A DNA stretch of 48,568 bases from a virus. Position numbers and translations under genes: made by a program. The notes below the pieces were generated by a model that saw nothing but the letters and a program-made list of their open reading frames with translations, was not told the origin of the DNA and did not search any database. Numbering within the stretch: the first letter of the stretch is position 1; each line of letters starts with the position of its first letter. The stretch is from positions 1 through 48,568 of IMG/VR virus record IMGVR_UViG_3300011936_000008; one strand, given 5' to 3'. Below, one piece after another: positions 35,196 through 43,000 of the stretch.

Positions 35196-35573
35196 ATGAC
35201 CGAAATGCTCAACCCCAAAGAACTCAAAGAAGCTCTAAACCGACACCTGGAAAGCGGGGAATTGACCCGCGCCCTTGAGAAACACCGCCTCAAGAACCTG
35301 GTAATTTTCTTACTGCGGGAAAACCCGTACACGGCTCTCCGAAGGTGGGCTATTACGGACTCTCAATACGAGCGACTAAACGCGGTCTACGAAGACCTAG
35401 GATTAGGCGAACTCAAGGACTACATGCGGGGCTATCGTTATTCCGAAAGCGCCCGCACCCATAACTTCAGCACGGGATGTGGATACAGCATCTTCGATTC
35501 GGACTTGTTAGGCGGATGTATGGATGGACGTGTACTCGCGGCGTTCAAAGATGCCGGGCTTGTTATCGACTAA
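35196..35573 (+). CDS. Early protein, paralog B (125 aa), unknown function
   Basis: Conserved leader ACCACCCTACGAAAGGA as upstream of paralog A; matching motif QYERLNAVYEDLGLGELKDYMRGYRYSE ... HNF. Confidence 0.6.
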   Translation: MTEMLNPKELKEALNRHLESGELTRALEKHRLKNLVIFLLRENPYTALRRWAITDSQYERLNAVYEDLGLGELKDYMRGYRYSESARTHNFSTGCGYSIFDSDLLGGCMDGRVLAAFKDAGLVID

Positions 35574-35713
35574 CCTTCAACCGCTGTTCACTCAGCAGAA
35601 ATAAACACCGCACATTTTCACCGATAAGCGGTCGCCCGTTATGGTACATGCCGGGGTTCGATTCCTTGGGCGGGAACGTTATATACACATCTCAATCTGA
35701 AAGGTAACCGGGC

Positions 35714-35989
35714 ATGAAACACCTGAAAACCCTCGCAACCATAGCCGGGCTTTGGGCGGCTGTAATCGCTACCGGCTTCGCGTTCATGTACCAGTACACA
35801 CTACTCGCGGAAACCCTCGCATGGGGTATCGGGGCATGCCTAGCTGGGGTTCTTATGTTCCTTCCCCTCATGCAGGTAGCGACAGAGCCTAAAGGTAACC
35901 GGGCTTCCAAGCCGGGTAAGGACGTTGTAGAGGCTCTGGAAGCAGACACAACCGACATTATCGCTCGCAACCGCCGGGCATTGGCATAA
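35714..35989 (+). CDS. Small membrane protein (2 TM), hypothetical
   Basis: LATIAGLWAAVIATGFAFMY and WGIGACLAGVLMFLPLM hydrophobic helices; GAAAGG RBS. Confidence 0.55.
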   Translation: MKHLKTLATIAGLWAAVIATGFAFMYQYTLLAETLAWGIGACLAGVLMFLPLMQVATEPKGNRASKPGKDVVEALEADTTDIIARNRRALA

Positions 35990-36012
35990 ACCACCCTGAA
36001 AGGATTAGAACA

Positions 36013-36474
36013 ATGGCAACTTTAAACCTAACCAAACCAGAATTGACACCGCAAGACCACAAAGACATTCATGACGAAGTGGCACGTTTTGAAAGCCTGT
36101 ATCAGGAACGGTACGGCGATCTAACACCCGCGCAACGGGCTAATCTAACCAGTGCCTACCAGAACGCCGTTGAAGCAGGTATCGGGCTTGAATGCCCGGC
36201 GGATGCCCTCATGGCTTGGGGTGTGCACACGGGGCTAACCGATGAAATGCTGGATGACTGGCAGGTTATAGAGCGTCTGCTCTTCGATTACGACGGCGAC
36301 CACAAAGACCTTGATGAGTACATCCGCGAGCTTTACTTCCATTACTTCGATATAAACGATAAACAAGCCCTGCTATTCATAGATACTGTTGCATTCAAGG
36401 ATGAACTGGAATGCCGGGGATGGTGTTTCGCACCTTCACTAGACGGTACCGTGTACCACGTCTTCAACGACTAA
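36013..36474 (+). CDS. Hypothetical early protein (153 aa)
   Basis: RBS GAAAGGA 9 nt upstream of the ATG; acidic. Confidence 0.55.
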   Translation: MATLNLTKPELTPQDHKDIHDEVARFESLYQERYGDLTPAQRANLTSAYQNAVEAGIGLECPADALMAWGVHTGLTDEMLDDWQVIERLLFDYDGDHKDLDEYIRELYFHYFDINDKQALLFIDTVAFKDELECRGWCFAPSLDGTVYHVFND

Positions 36475-36493
36475 TCAGAACGGAAGGGCTGAA

Positions 36494-36958
36494 ATGGCTT
36501 TTGAAGGCACTCTACTTGATGGCGACATAACCGCAGACAAACTAGCTGGGTGGCTGGATGACGCAAGCGCGCTAAACAACTCTAAGGTGGACGAAATCTT
36601 AGGTGAGCTGGATTCTTTCTTAGTGCCCTACGAAGAAGACTACGAGATTATACCCGAGGTCGTGCAAGACTACATCGACGAATTGCACGGCGGTATTCGC
36701 AAGCTATTCGACACCATCCAGCTATTAGTATCGCTTATGTCAGACCGCATAGAAAGTTTCCGTGATGATGCTGTGGAATCACAAGACGCCCTAACGGTAT
36801 TCCATGAAGAGGTGGAACGGGACTACATAGAGCGCGCAAGCCTTGAAGACTTGTACGAACAGCTTCGGGATATTCGGGAAGGGTACTACGGAAACGATTT
36901 ATCTGGGGCTATCGAAAAACTTTACCTCCAAGTAATAGACATGCTGGAAGGAAACTAA
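36494..36958 (+). CDS. Highly acidic early protein (154 aa); candidate DNA-mimic/anti-restriction protein
   Basis: Roughly a quarter of residues are Asp/Glu spread along predicted helices; GGAAGGG RBS; early-region location. Confidence 0.55.
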   Translation: MAFEGTLLDGDITADKLAGWLDDASALNNSKVDEILGELDSFLVPYEEDYEIIPEVVQDYIDELHGGIRKLFDTIQLLVSLMSDRIESFRDDAVESQDALTVFHEEVERDYIERASLEDLYEQLRDIREGYYGNDLSGAIEKLYLQVIDMLEGN

Positions 36959-36960
36959 CC

Positions 36961-37182
36961 ATGAAGAAACTCATTGCACCTCTTGCCGCTGTTGCGGTGG
37001 CATTCTCAACACTGGCACCTCTGGTACCGGCGGACGCCGCCCCTAGACAGCCGCTTACGAAGACCCAATGCCAGCGCCTTCGCGGGGTAGACCCGTGGGT
37101 TCCTTACTGGCTGAACCAAAAGCATTGTAGCGGGTGGATGGGGTTCTTGAACTGCGCGTTTGGTAAGCCGTACTGCGAGTAA
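36961..37182 (+). CDS. Small secreted cysteine-rich peptide (73 aa; predicted signal peptide then 4 Cys)
   Basis: MKKLIAPLAAVAVAFSTLAPLVPADA is a classical Sec signal with an AXA site. The mature part has C-x-R ... C-S-G-W ... C-A-F-G-K-P-Y-C-E. ATG overlaps the previous stop. Confidence 0.55.
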   Translation: MKKLIAPLAAVAVAFSTLAPLVPADAAPRQPLTKTQCQRLRGVDPWVPYWLNQKHCSGWMGFLNCAFGKPYCE

Positions 37183-37248
37183 CTGCTAACAACTAAGCCC
37201 CCGGTGCGGAATGTACACCACACCGGGGCACCGCAGAAAGGATTCATC

Positions 37249-37686
37249 ATGACCGCAATAAAAAGCGCACTAGACTACTTTGCAAACGGCTACGAAGAGA
37301 TAACCGGTAGCATGCTACCAGCTGACCTTAGGGCGAACCTCAAGCGAGCACTTCTAGCCGGGGTCTACGGCTTTGAATATGACCCGGGTATTATGGCACG
37401 CGCTATCCTTGCTTACGGCGACCGTACCGGGTTCCTAACGGGTTTAGTGCACAGCACACGTATTATGCTCTCAACATTCAACGAATTTAAGGGGTGGTTT
37501 GAGAGTGAAACGCAATGCCTGGCACCTATCTACCGCGCTAGGTATCCGCGAAGCACTAAAGCCCCTACGGGCGAAGACCTCAAGTTTCTGCGCGAGGAAC
37601 TGGAAGCCGCTAAATGGCGCTTCTGCCCGGATGTGTACGGTAACGGCGTTTATGTATTCGCTGGAGAGATTGTAGGAGATTGCTAA
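37249..37686 (+). CDS. Hypothetical early protein (145 aa)
   Basis: RBS AAAGGA before ATG 37249 (the tool ORF starts at 37204). Confidence 0.5.
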   Translation: MTAIKSALDYFANGYEEITGSMLPADLRANLKRALLAGVYGFEYDPGIMARAILAYGDRTGFLTGLVHSTRIMLSTFNEFKGWFESETQCLAPIYRARYPRSTKAPTGEDLKFLREELEAAKWRFCPDVYGNGVYVFAGEIVGDC

Positions 37687-37853
37687 TGCCTAAGAAACTT
37701 CGGGCACTCACCACCGCAGGGGCTTTAGTCCTAACCGGGGCTTTTGGGGCGGCTGTTGTAGCAACCGGTGGCACCGGAAACGGTGCGACGCTGGGAATGC
37801 TACTAGCCGGTGGTTACGCCGCATACCAGCTCATGCGGGGTATCGGTGAGTAA
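37686..37853 (+). CDS. Small Gly/Ala-rich membrane peptide (55 aa)
   Basis: TAATG coupling; ALTTAGALVLTGAFGAAVVATGG ... GMLLAGGYAAYQL hydrophobic stretches. Below the ORF-track size cutoff. Confidence 0.35.
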   Translation: MPKKLRALTTAGALVLTGAFGAAVVATGGTGNGATLGMLLAGGYAAYQLMRGIGE

Positions 37854-38100
37854 TGACATATGGAAAGCCCTTGAAGCCCTCATGATACGACTTGAGGGCG
37901 CAGGGGCAGACCTGGAACACCACTTACATAAGTAAGGACGGCTTGAACGATACCGCGAGCGCCTCAAGGCGGACTCAGACATGTTGTTTGAGTTGTTTGA
38001 ACCGCTGACACAACATTGTTCTGTTATCAGGACTTCACTACCAACCGCCGCGCTGGGAGAACAGCGCATGATATTCATCTTTTAGGGAGAGGTATAGGAC

Positions 38101-38613
38101 ATGAACTCACGGCTTAGCAAGTTCCAGCAAGAGCAAATCGAACACCGGAACGCAATGTACAAAAAGAACCGCCAATTAATACGAGACCTTAGGGTGACAC
38201 CGTTACGCCTTCCTTACGGCGTGCAACAAGAAGTATGCGGCGAACTTGAGCGGGCACTAGAGTACAAACCTGATGGGTGGGATGTGTACCTACAAATGTA
38301 TACGGAGCGTGTGCCACTGAAAGGTATCCGGGCTAAGTTTGAGGTATTCGGAACGGACAAAAAAGGTAACCGGTACCCGGTGTACCAGTCCGATTACTTC
38401 GATATGCCCGCGAACTTTGCGCACCCTGAGTTACAAAACACCTGGTTTAGTTTCAAGTGGTACCCAGAAGGCATACACGCCGGGGGCATCTCCAAGTTTG
38501 AAGTGCTGAACATAGAAACTAAAGATGTATTCGCACGTGAAGGTTACGCTCCCCCTCTACATGATAAGTACTACATCTTCGTACCGAACGTACCAGAGAG
38601 CGAGAAAGCCTAA
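38101..38613 (+). CDS. Hypothetical early protein (170 aa)
   Basis: GGGAGAGG RBS; no recognised motif. Confidence 0.55.
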   Translation: MNSRLSKFQQEQIEHRNAMYKKNRQLIRDLRVTPLRLPYGVQQEVCGELERALEYKPDGWDVYLQMYTERVPLKGIRAKFEVFGTDKKGNRYPVYQSDYFDMPANFAHPELQNTWFSFKWYPEGIHAGGISKFEVLNIETKDVFAREGYAPPLHDKYYIFVPNVPESEKA

Positions 38614-38960
38614 TGACTTCACAGATTATCAACGCATTAATTCTAGCCGGGGCTTCGTTACTGTTCATCCTGACCGGGGCTATAGCGTTATACGCTAAGC
38701 GCTCTGCAAGCCGGGATAGGGCGCGGTGCAACTACCGCGTGGGAGACGTGTACCACGAGGTGCTACCGTCTACCGGTCACGAAGACCTGTACCGCATGTA
38801 CATGGAACTGCAACAACGCATCACCGTACTAGAAGAAGACTACTACAACCGACTGGCACAGCAGAGGCGGGCGCGCGAAGAGATGATGAACCGCCGTCGC
38901 CCATCCCCCGTGCCGGGTAGCCGCAACGCAAATCACGGTAACCGGGCTGGCACACGCTAG
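38613..38960 (+). CDS. Membrane-anchored protein (N-terminal TM, Arg-rich C-terminus)
   Basis: TAATG coupling; IINALILAGASLLFILTGAIALYA TM segment. Confidence 0.5.
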   Translation: MTSQIINALILAGASLLFILTGAIALYAKRSASRDRARCNYRVGDVYHEVLPSTGHEDLYRMYMELQQRITVLEEDYYNRLAQQRRAREEMMNRRRPSPVPGSRNANHGNRAGTR

Positions 38961-38985
38961 CCACAGACACGAAAGGTACTCGGGA

Positions 38986-39360
38986 ATGGTAGCCCTAGAG
39001 AACGTATTACAACCGCCCAAGGAGTCAAATACCCGCGCGCACTACTGCGTACAGTTTGAACATTACGCCGTGGGAGACCGTGGCGGCATCCTAACCTGTC
39101 TCATTAGAGATAACCGGGCTGGCAGGTTTGTAGGGGGTTCATCTGTAAAGTATGAGCAGAGCGCCCCGCATGGTGATGTGAAACGCCACGACGCGCTGAG
39201 CTTCGTTATCGCTGACAGTCTAGGCACAAGCGTGCGAGACGGGGGTATTCCCCTCTTCAAGAGCTGGGAGCAGGTACGCCAAAGCGTGCACGCGCTGGCT
39301 GTATCGGACGCGCGTAGCAACGGGCATCACATGGTACTTGTGGAAGGCGGTGACATGTAA
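38986..39360 (+). CDS. Hypothetical protein (124 aa)
   Basis: GAAAGG RBS. Confidence 0.5.
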   Translation: MVALENVLQPPKESNTRAHYCVQFEHYAVGDRGGILTCLIRDNRAGRFVGGSSVKYEQSAPHGDVKRHDALSFVIADSLGTSVRDGGIPLFKSWEQVRQSVHALAVSDARSNGHHMVLVEGGDM

Positions 39361-39608
39361 TGAAGCGGTACGCATTCGACGTGTTGCAGGGCGATACGCT
39401 GGTAGGCTTCGCTACCTTGCCGGGGGTGCTACAGGCAGTACCACACCCACGGTCGAATATCGTCATGCGGATTAGGCGGGGAGCCTTTGTAGAACCGGCG
39501 TTCTACGTGCCGGGGGGATATGAAGGCAAAGCAACCCCCGTATGGCGGCTAACAGATGTTGATGGGTGGGTGCAGAACAACCCGTACCGTGCACCCGGTA
39601 AGAAATAA
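39360..39608 (+). CDS. Hypothetical protein (82 aa)
   Basis: TAATGA coupling with the upstream gene. Confidence 0.45.
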   Translation: MKRYAFDVLQGDTLVGFATLPGVLQAVPHPRSNIVMRIRRGAFVEPAFYVPGGYEGKATPVWRLTDVDGWVQNNPYRAPGKK

Positions 39609-39620
39609 CAGGAGGAATGA

Positions 39621-40038
39621 CATGGATAACTTTACCCGCGGCATAAGCAACCTAACCGGACCGGACCCTAACCGTATATTCATCGGAACGAAGGGTACGG
39701 CTCCTGAGAAGAGCAAGAAGAGCAAGAAGAGCAAGAAGAGCAAGAAGAAGAGCAAGAAGAGCGAGAAGCCGAAGGTGGGTATCTGCCCGTCAAAGGAAGA
39801 AACCGTAGCCTTATCAAACGACGTTCTGAAATTCATTCAGAAACGACTCAAGCCGGGGGCGGGTGTTGTTATCGTGGCGGGGGTATCCCCTGTAGGATTG
39901 CCCATTATCAAGGTGGGCATCGGTAGGGTCGATAACATATCCACGGCGTACGAGTTTGAGTCCGACAACCCATTTGTAGACTTGAAAGTGCGCATGAGCC
40001 AAGCCCGGGTTTCCTTGGATATTAGTAATGATGGATAG
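39621..40038 (+). CDS. Protein with a (KSKKS)n basic low-complexity repeat (139 aa)
   Basis: RBS AGGAGG before ATG 39621. KSKKSKKSKKSKKKSKKSEKPK is encoded by a 9-bp tandem repeat AAGAGCAAG at 39713-39760. Confidence 0.5.
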
Positions 40039-40050
40039 GGGGTAGTAGCC

Positions 40051-40470
40051 ATGAGCAAGCGAACTGGATGGAAACGCAAGAGCGGGCTTACTTACAGGCA
40101 GTCGCCTAAGTGGAAACAGATACGCCTAGCCGTGCTCAAGCGTGACGGGTTCCAGTGTACCGCCATCAACGGTAACACTAATAAGCGGTGCCCTAGCCGG
40201 GCTACCGATGTAGACCACGTGAAGGGGCACAGTGATGACCTGGATAACCTCGCGTCACTGTGTGCACACCACCACCACATGAAAACTAGTTCGGAGACCT
40301 ACGAAAAGAACAAGGCGCGCCGGGAGGAGGCGATGCTACGCGCCGGGGAAGCGGTGCGCTCTCTAGCCGGGGGTATAGTACCCCGAGAAAAAGGAAGTAT
40401 CAGCGCCGGTATCGACTGGAAAGCGTTCCGGTCGCTGTCAGAAAAGATAACCGGGCTTTCAGACAAGTAA
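40051..40470 (+). CDS. HNH endonuclease
   Basis: C-x-A ... RCP ... DVDHVKGHSDDLDNLASLCAHHHHMKT fits the HNH beta-beta-alpha-Me motif with zinc-ligand Cys pairs. Confidence 0.8.
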   Translation: MSKRTGWKRKSGLTYRQSPKWKQIRLAVLKRDGFQCTAINGNTNKRCPSRATDVDHVKGHSDDLDNLASLCAHHHHMKTSSETYEKNKARREEAMLRAGEAVRSLAGGIVPREKGSISAGIDWKAFRSLSEKITGLSDK

Positions 40471-40502
40471 GTTTGCTCGCTAAGGGAAAGGGTATGTGAG
40501 CA

Positions 40503-41201
40503 ATGAAAACAGACAACTACACACTGAATGGTCTGCGTAAACTGACCGAAAAGGTGTACGACGCTATCGCGCTGGAGATTGGTGAGAACGACGCCTATGT
40601 GTTCACGGTAACGCAGGGCACGCATGGTGCCCCTTGGATGCATGGGTTCTATGCCGGGGGCGATGGTCTTAGCGTATCGGTATCAGGGGATGGGGCAGTA
40701 AACGCTACTCCAGATACTACGCCCGTATCGCTGGTGACAAAGCCCTTAGATAGGGAGTTCCGCAACACCGTAGAGATAAACGTTATGTGGGTCGCCCTTG
40801 CTGGGACGGAGGTGTTTGAAGACCTCTATACACTCAACGGTGTAGGTGAGGACGTATGGGCGGGTGGGCGCTTCTATGATAACCCGTACTTCGGCGTTGA
40901 TATGTACGTGCTGGAGGGCATGGGCGGTACTGCAGCCGATACACTCTTCCTGTGTTTGGCGTGGGGCTACCTGTACTCACTGCCGCCAGAGGATGACGGT
41001 AAAACGGTAGTTATAAATGTGGCGGCGCTCCATGAGCTTGCCCCTGCGGGTACGGAGATACCGGTAGCCATGTCGAACGTCGAAGGTGCAACGGTGCAAG
41101 CCGGGTTTGAGTATCTGACCCAAGAGCTACGCGACCGAGGGGTGTTCTGTCGGAACAAAACCCTCAACGACTTCTTCGGCTTCAAGTTCAGTGGCCTCTA
41201 G
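40503..41201 (+). CDS. Hypothetical protein (232 aa)
   Basis: Long ORF followed by a strong terminator. Confidence 0.5.
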   Translation: MKTDNYTLNGLRKLTEKVYDAIALEIGENDAYVFTVTQGTHGAPWMHGFYAGGDGLSVSVSGDGAVNATPDTTPVSLVTKPLDREFRNTVEINVMWVALAGTEVFEDLYTLNGVGEDVWAGGRFYDNPYFGVDMYVLEGMGGTAADTLFLCLAWGYLYSLPPEDDGKTVVINVAALHELAPAGTEIPVAMSNVEGATVQAGFEYLTQELRDRGVFCRNKTLNDFFGFKFSGL

Positions 41202-41213
41202 ACGGGAATAGAA

Positions 41214-41250
41214 AACCCCGGCACTCACTCAGAGCGCCGGGGTTTTCTTG
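41214..41250 (+). terminator. Rho-independent terminator
   Basis: AAAACCCCGGC ... GCCGGGGTTTTCTT. Confidence 0.7.
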
Positions 41251-41821
41251 TGCAAACACCGATAAATGAGGTTGTTTCGAGTGACAAACTTCGTAGTCTA
41301 GTGTATCACATGCTGGGGGCTAGTGCCAAAAACTGTAGAACGCCCACATAATGGGGTACATTGCCAGTTCAACGACGCTGTATCGTGCAAGCATAATGGT
41401 GTGTACCTTTCGTTGTGTCTAGCCGGGGAAATATCCGAAAGCGCGAAAGAAATCAGCGTAATAGTATACGTGCCCAAGAATGAGGGAAAGCGCAGTCATC
41501 GGTTTTGTTCCTTTCGTTTAGTCGCAAGAAACCCCGCACACCACGTGGCGGGGTGTACGGGGTTTCTGCATGAGAACTGTGACACCGCACAGGGCGGATG
41601 TTATCAGTATACCAGGTTCTCTTAGAAGATGCTGTGTGCCAGCCAGTAACCGTTCTGCAGGAAGAAGATAAGGTTATTGAGTACCCGGTCTACTAAGTGA
41701 ATGCCGGTCATGGGCGGGTCTCCTGTCTGTAGTTATTACGAAACAGTTAAAGTATGCCGCGTGATGTGGGTGTTTAGGTGCAGCGACGCGCCGGGGTGTT
41801 GGGGTGTTGGGTTCGGGTACT

Positions 41822-41862
41822 AGAAAAGCCCCTAGCTGAAACGGAAGACTAGGGGCTTTTCC
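41822..41862. terminator. Bidirectional rho-independent terminator
   Basis: 12-bp perfect stem AAAAGCCCCTAG / CTAGGGGCTTTT with A/T tracts on both sides. Confidence 0.7.
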
Positions 41863-42046
41863 ACTGTGTTATGCGCTGATGCAGTGTGCAATATGTAGTT
41901 ATGAAAGGCTCCTGAATGAATCATCATCACTCAAGGTATGTACTCAGTGTAGCACATGCCGGGGGTGGTGGGTAGGTGCGCCGTGCCGGGGTGAAAGGAT
42001 GCTGTGTGTTTTATTGTAAAAATAAATGTATTTAAAGTTTGATAAT

Positions 42047-42075
42047 TTGACAAACTGAGCGCTCCCGCGTACACT
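42047..42075 (+). promoter_or_regulatory. Promoter (TTGACA -17 nt- TACACT) with an upstream AT-rich UP-like tract; start codon 7 nt after the -10 (near-leaderless)
   Basis: Consensus -35 at 42047-42052; -10 at 42070-42075; ATG at 42082. Confidence 0.5.
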
Positions 42076-42081
42076 TGAGGT

Positions 42082-42393
42082 ATGAACAATGACTCTGAGA
42101 AAGCCGTTGAATCGTACTTGCGACGGCAAGTTATTATCCGTGGGTGGGTGACCTGGAAGATGGCTCCGACAGAGGTCGGAATACCCGATAGGGTGGTGCT
42201 CATACCGGGTGGTGCAGTGTGGTTCGTTGAACTCAAGCGAGCACGTGGCGGGGTCATATCCCCGAAGCAGAGAGTCGTACATTCTAAAATCTCCCGTGGT
42301 GGGCACAACGTTGTTGTTCTTGCCGGGGTGGATGAAGTCAAGATGTGGATTCGCGAGCGCGAGTCTGAGCTAGAAAATGAAACGGATGAATAA
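42082..42393 (+). CDS. VRR-NUC domain nuclease (PD-(D/E)XK fold)
   Basis: GIPDRVVLIPGGAVWFVELKRARGGVISPKQ holds the D ... E-L-K catalytic signature of VRR-NUC; small size; paired with an SNF2 helicase as is common in phages. Confidence 0.7.
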   Translation: MNNDSEKAVESYLRRQVIIRGWVTWKMAPTEVGIPDRVVLIPGGAVWFVELKRARGGVISPKQRVVHSKISRGGHNVVVLAGVDEVKMWIRERESELENETDE

Positions 42394-42396
42394 GCA

Positions 42397-42960
42397 ATGA
42401 CGAAATCAACTGGTAAGAAATGCAAGCCCTGCAAAGAATGCGGTCGCCCGTATGGCATGGAAGACCCGCATGAGTGCCGAACCTGTGGTGCGCGGCTACG
42501 CAAGAGGTACCGTGACGCCCGTCGATACGCTACGGTGACTAAGCCCAAGATTGACGCAGACCGCGAGCGCAACAAGCGTGACGTGCTAGGGAGGCTTCGA
42601 GTACAGAGGTCGGGGTACGACATCGGCACGCCGGAGGCTATAGCCCTCATGCAGGCAAACTACCTGGAGAACCACCTCCGAGAACTGGAAGAGAAACGTG
42701 CCGAGTTGGCGGCTAGGCGGGCTGCAGAAGATGCGAAGCCTAGGGTAAAGGTGCGAGAATCTGTTAGCATATACGCTCCCATGAACCTAGGTGAAGGTGT
42801 CGAAGGCGAGACGGGTAACGTGATTGAAGATGATGGGCTTGCATACTACCTGAGGTCGCGTAGGGAAAGGCTCTCGCGTCTAGCCGGGGGTAAGGGCGGC
42901 ACTGGGCGGCGAGCCGGGGTGAAGGGCGCGTTTGTACCCGCGCCGGGGGTTAGTGCGTAG
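42397..42960 (+). CDS. Zinc-ribbon plus coiled-coil protein (187 aa), hypothetical
   Basis: CKPCKECGRPYGMEDPHECRTCG four-Cys motif at the N-terminus. Confidence 0.5.
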   Translation: MTKSTGKKCKPCKECGRPYGMEDPHECRTCGARLRKRYRDARRYATVTKPKIDADRERNKRDVLGRLRVQRSGYDIGTPEAIALMQANYLENHLRELEEKRAELAARRAAEDAKPRVKVRESVSIYAPMNLGEGVEGETGNVIEDDGLAYYLRSRRERLSRLAGGKGGTGRRAGVKGAFVPAPGVSA

Positions 42961-43000
42961 TGATGCTGCAATTAGATATGAAAGGTTATAGGTGTTCGGG

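Noticed and set aside
35640-35680. tRNA-like T-arm CGGGGTTCGATTCCTTG (GGTTCGATTCC signature); a similar CCGGGTGCGATTCCCGG at 34712-34728
   Set aside because: No acceptor stem, D-arm or anticodon arm can be folded; only about 62 nt are available upstream. Likely a chance hairpin in CCGGGG-rich DNA, or at most a tRNA 3' fragment with no integrase to go with it.
41931-42650. 239-aa and 120-aa minus-strand ORFs
   Set aside because: Antisense to well-supported plus-strand genes (VRR-NUC and the Zn-ribbon protein); Ser/Arg/Pro-rich composition typical of GC-rich antisense frames.
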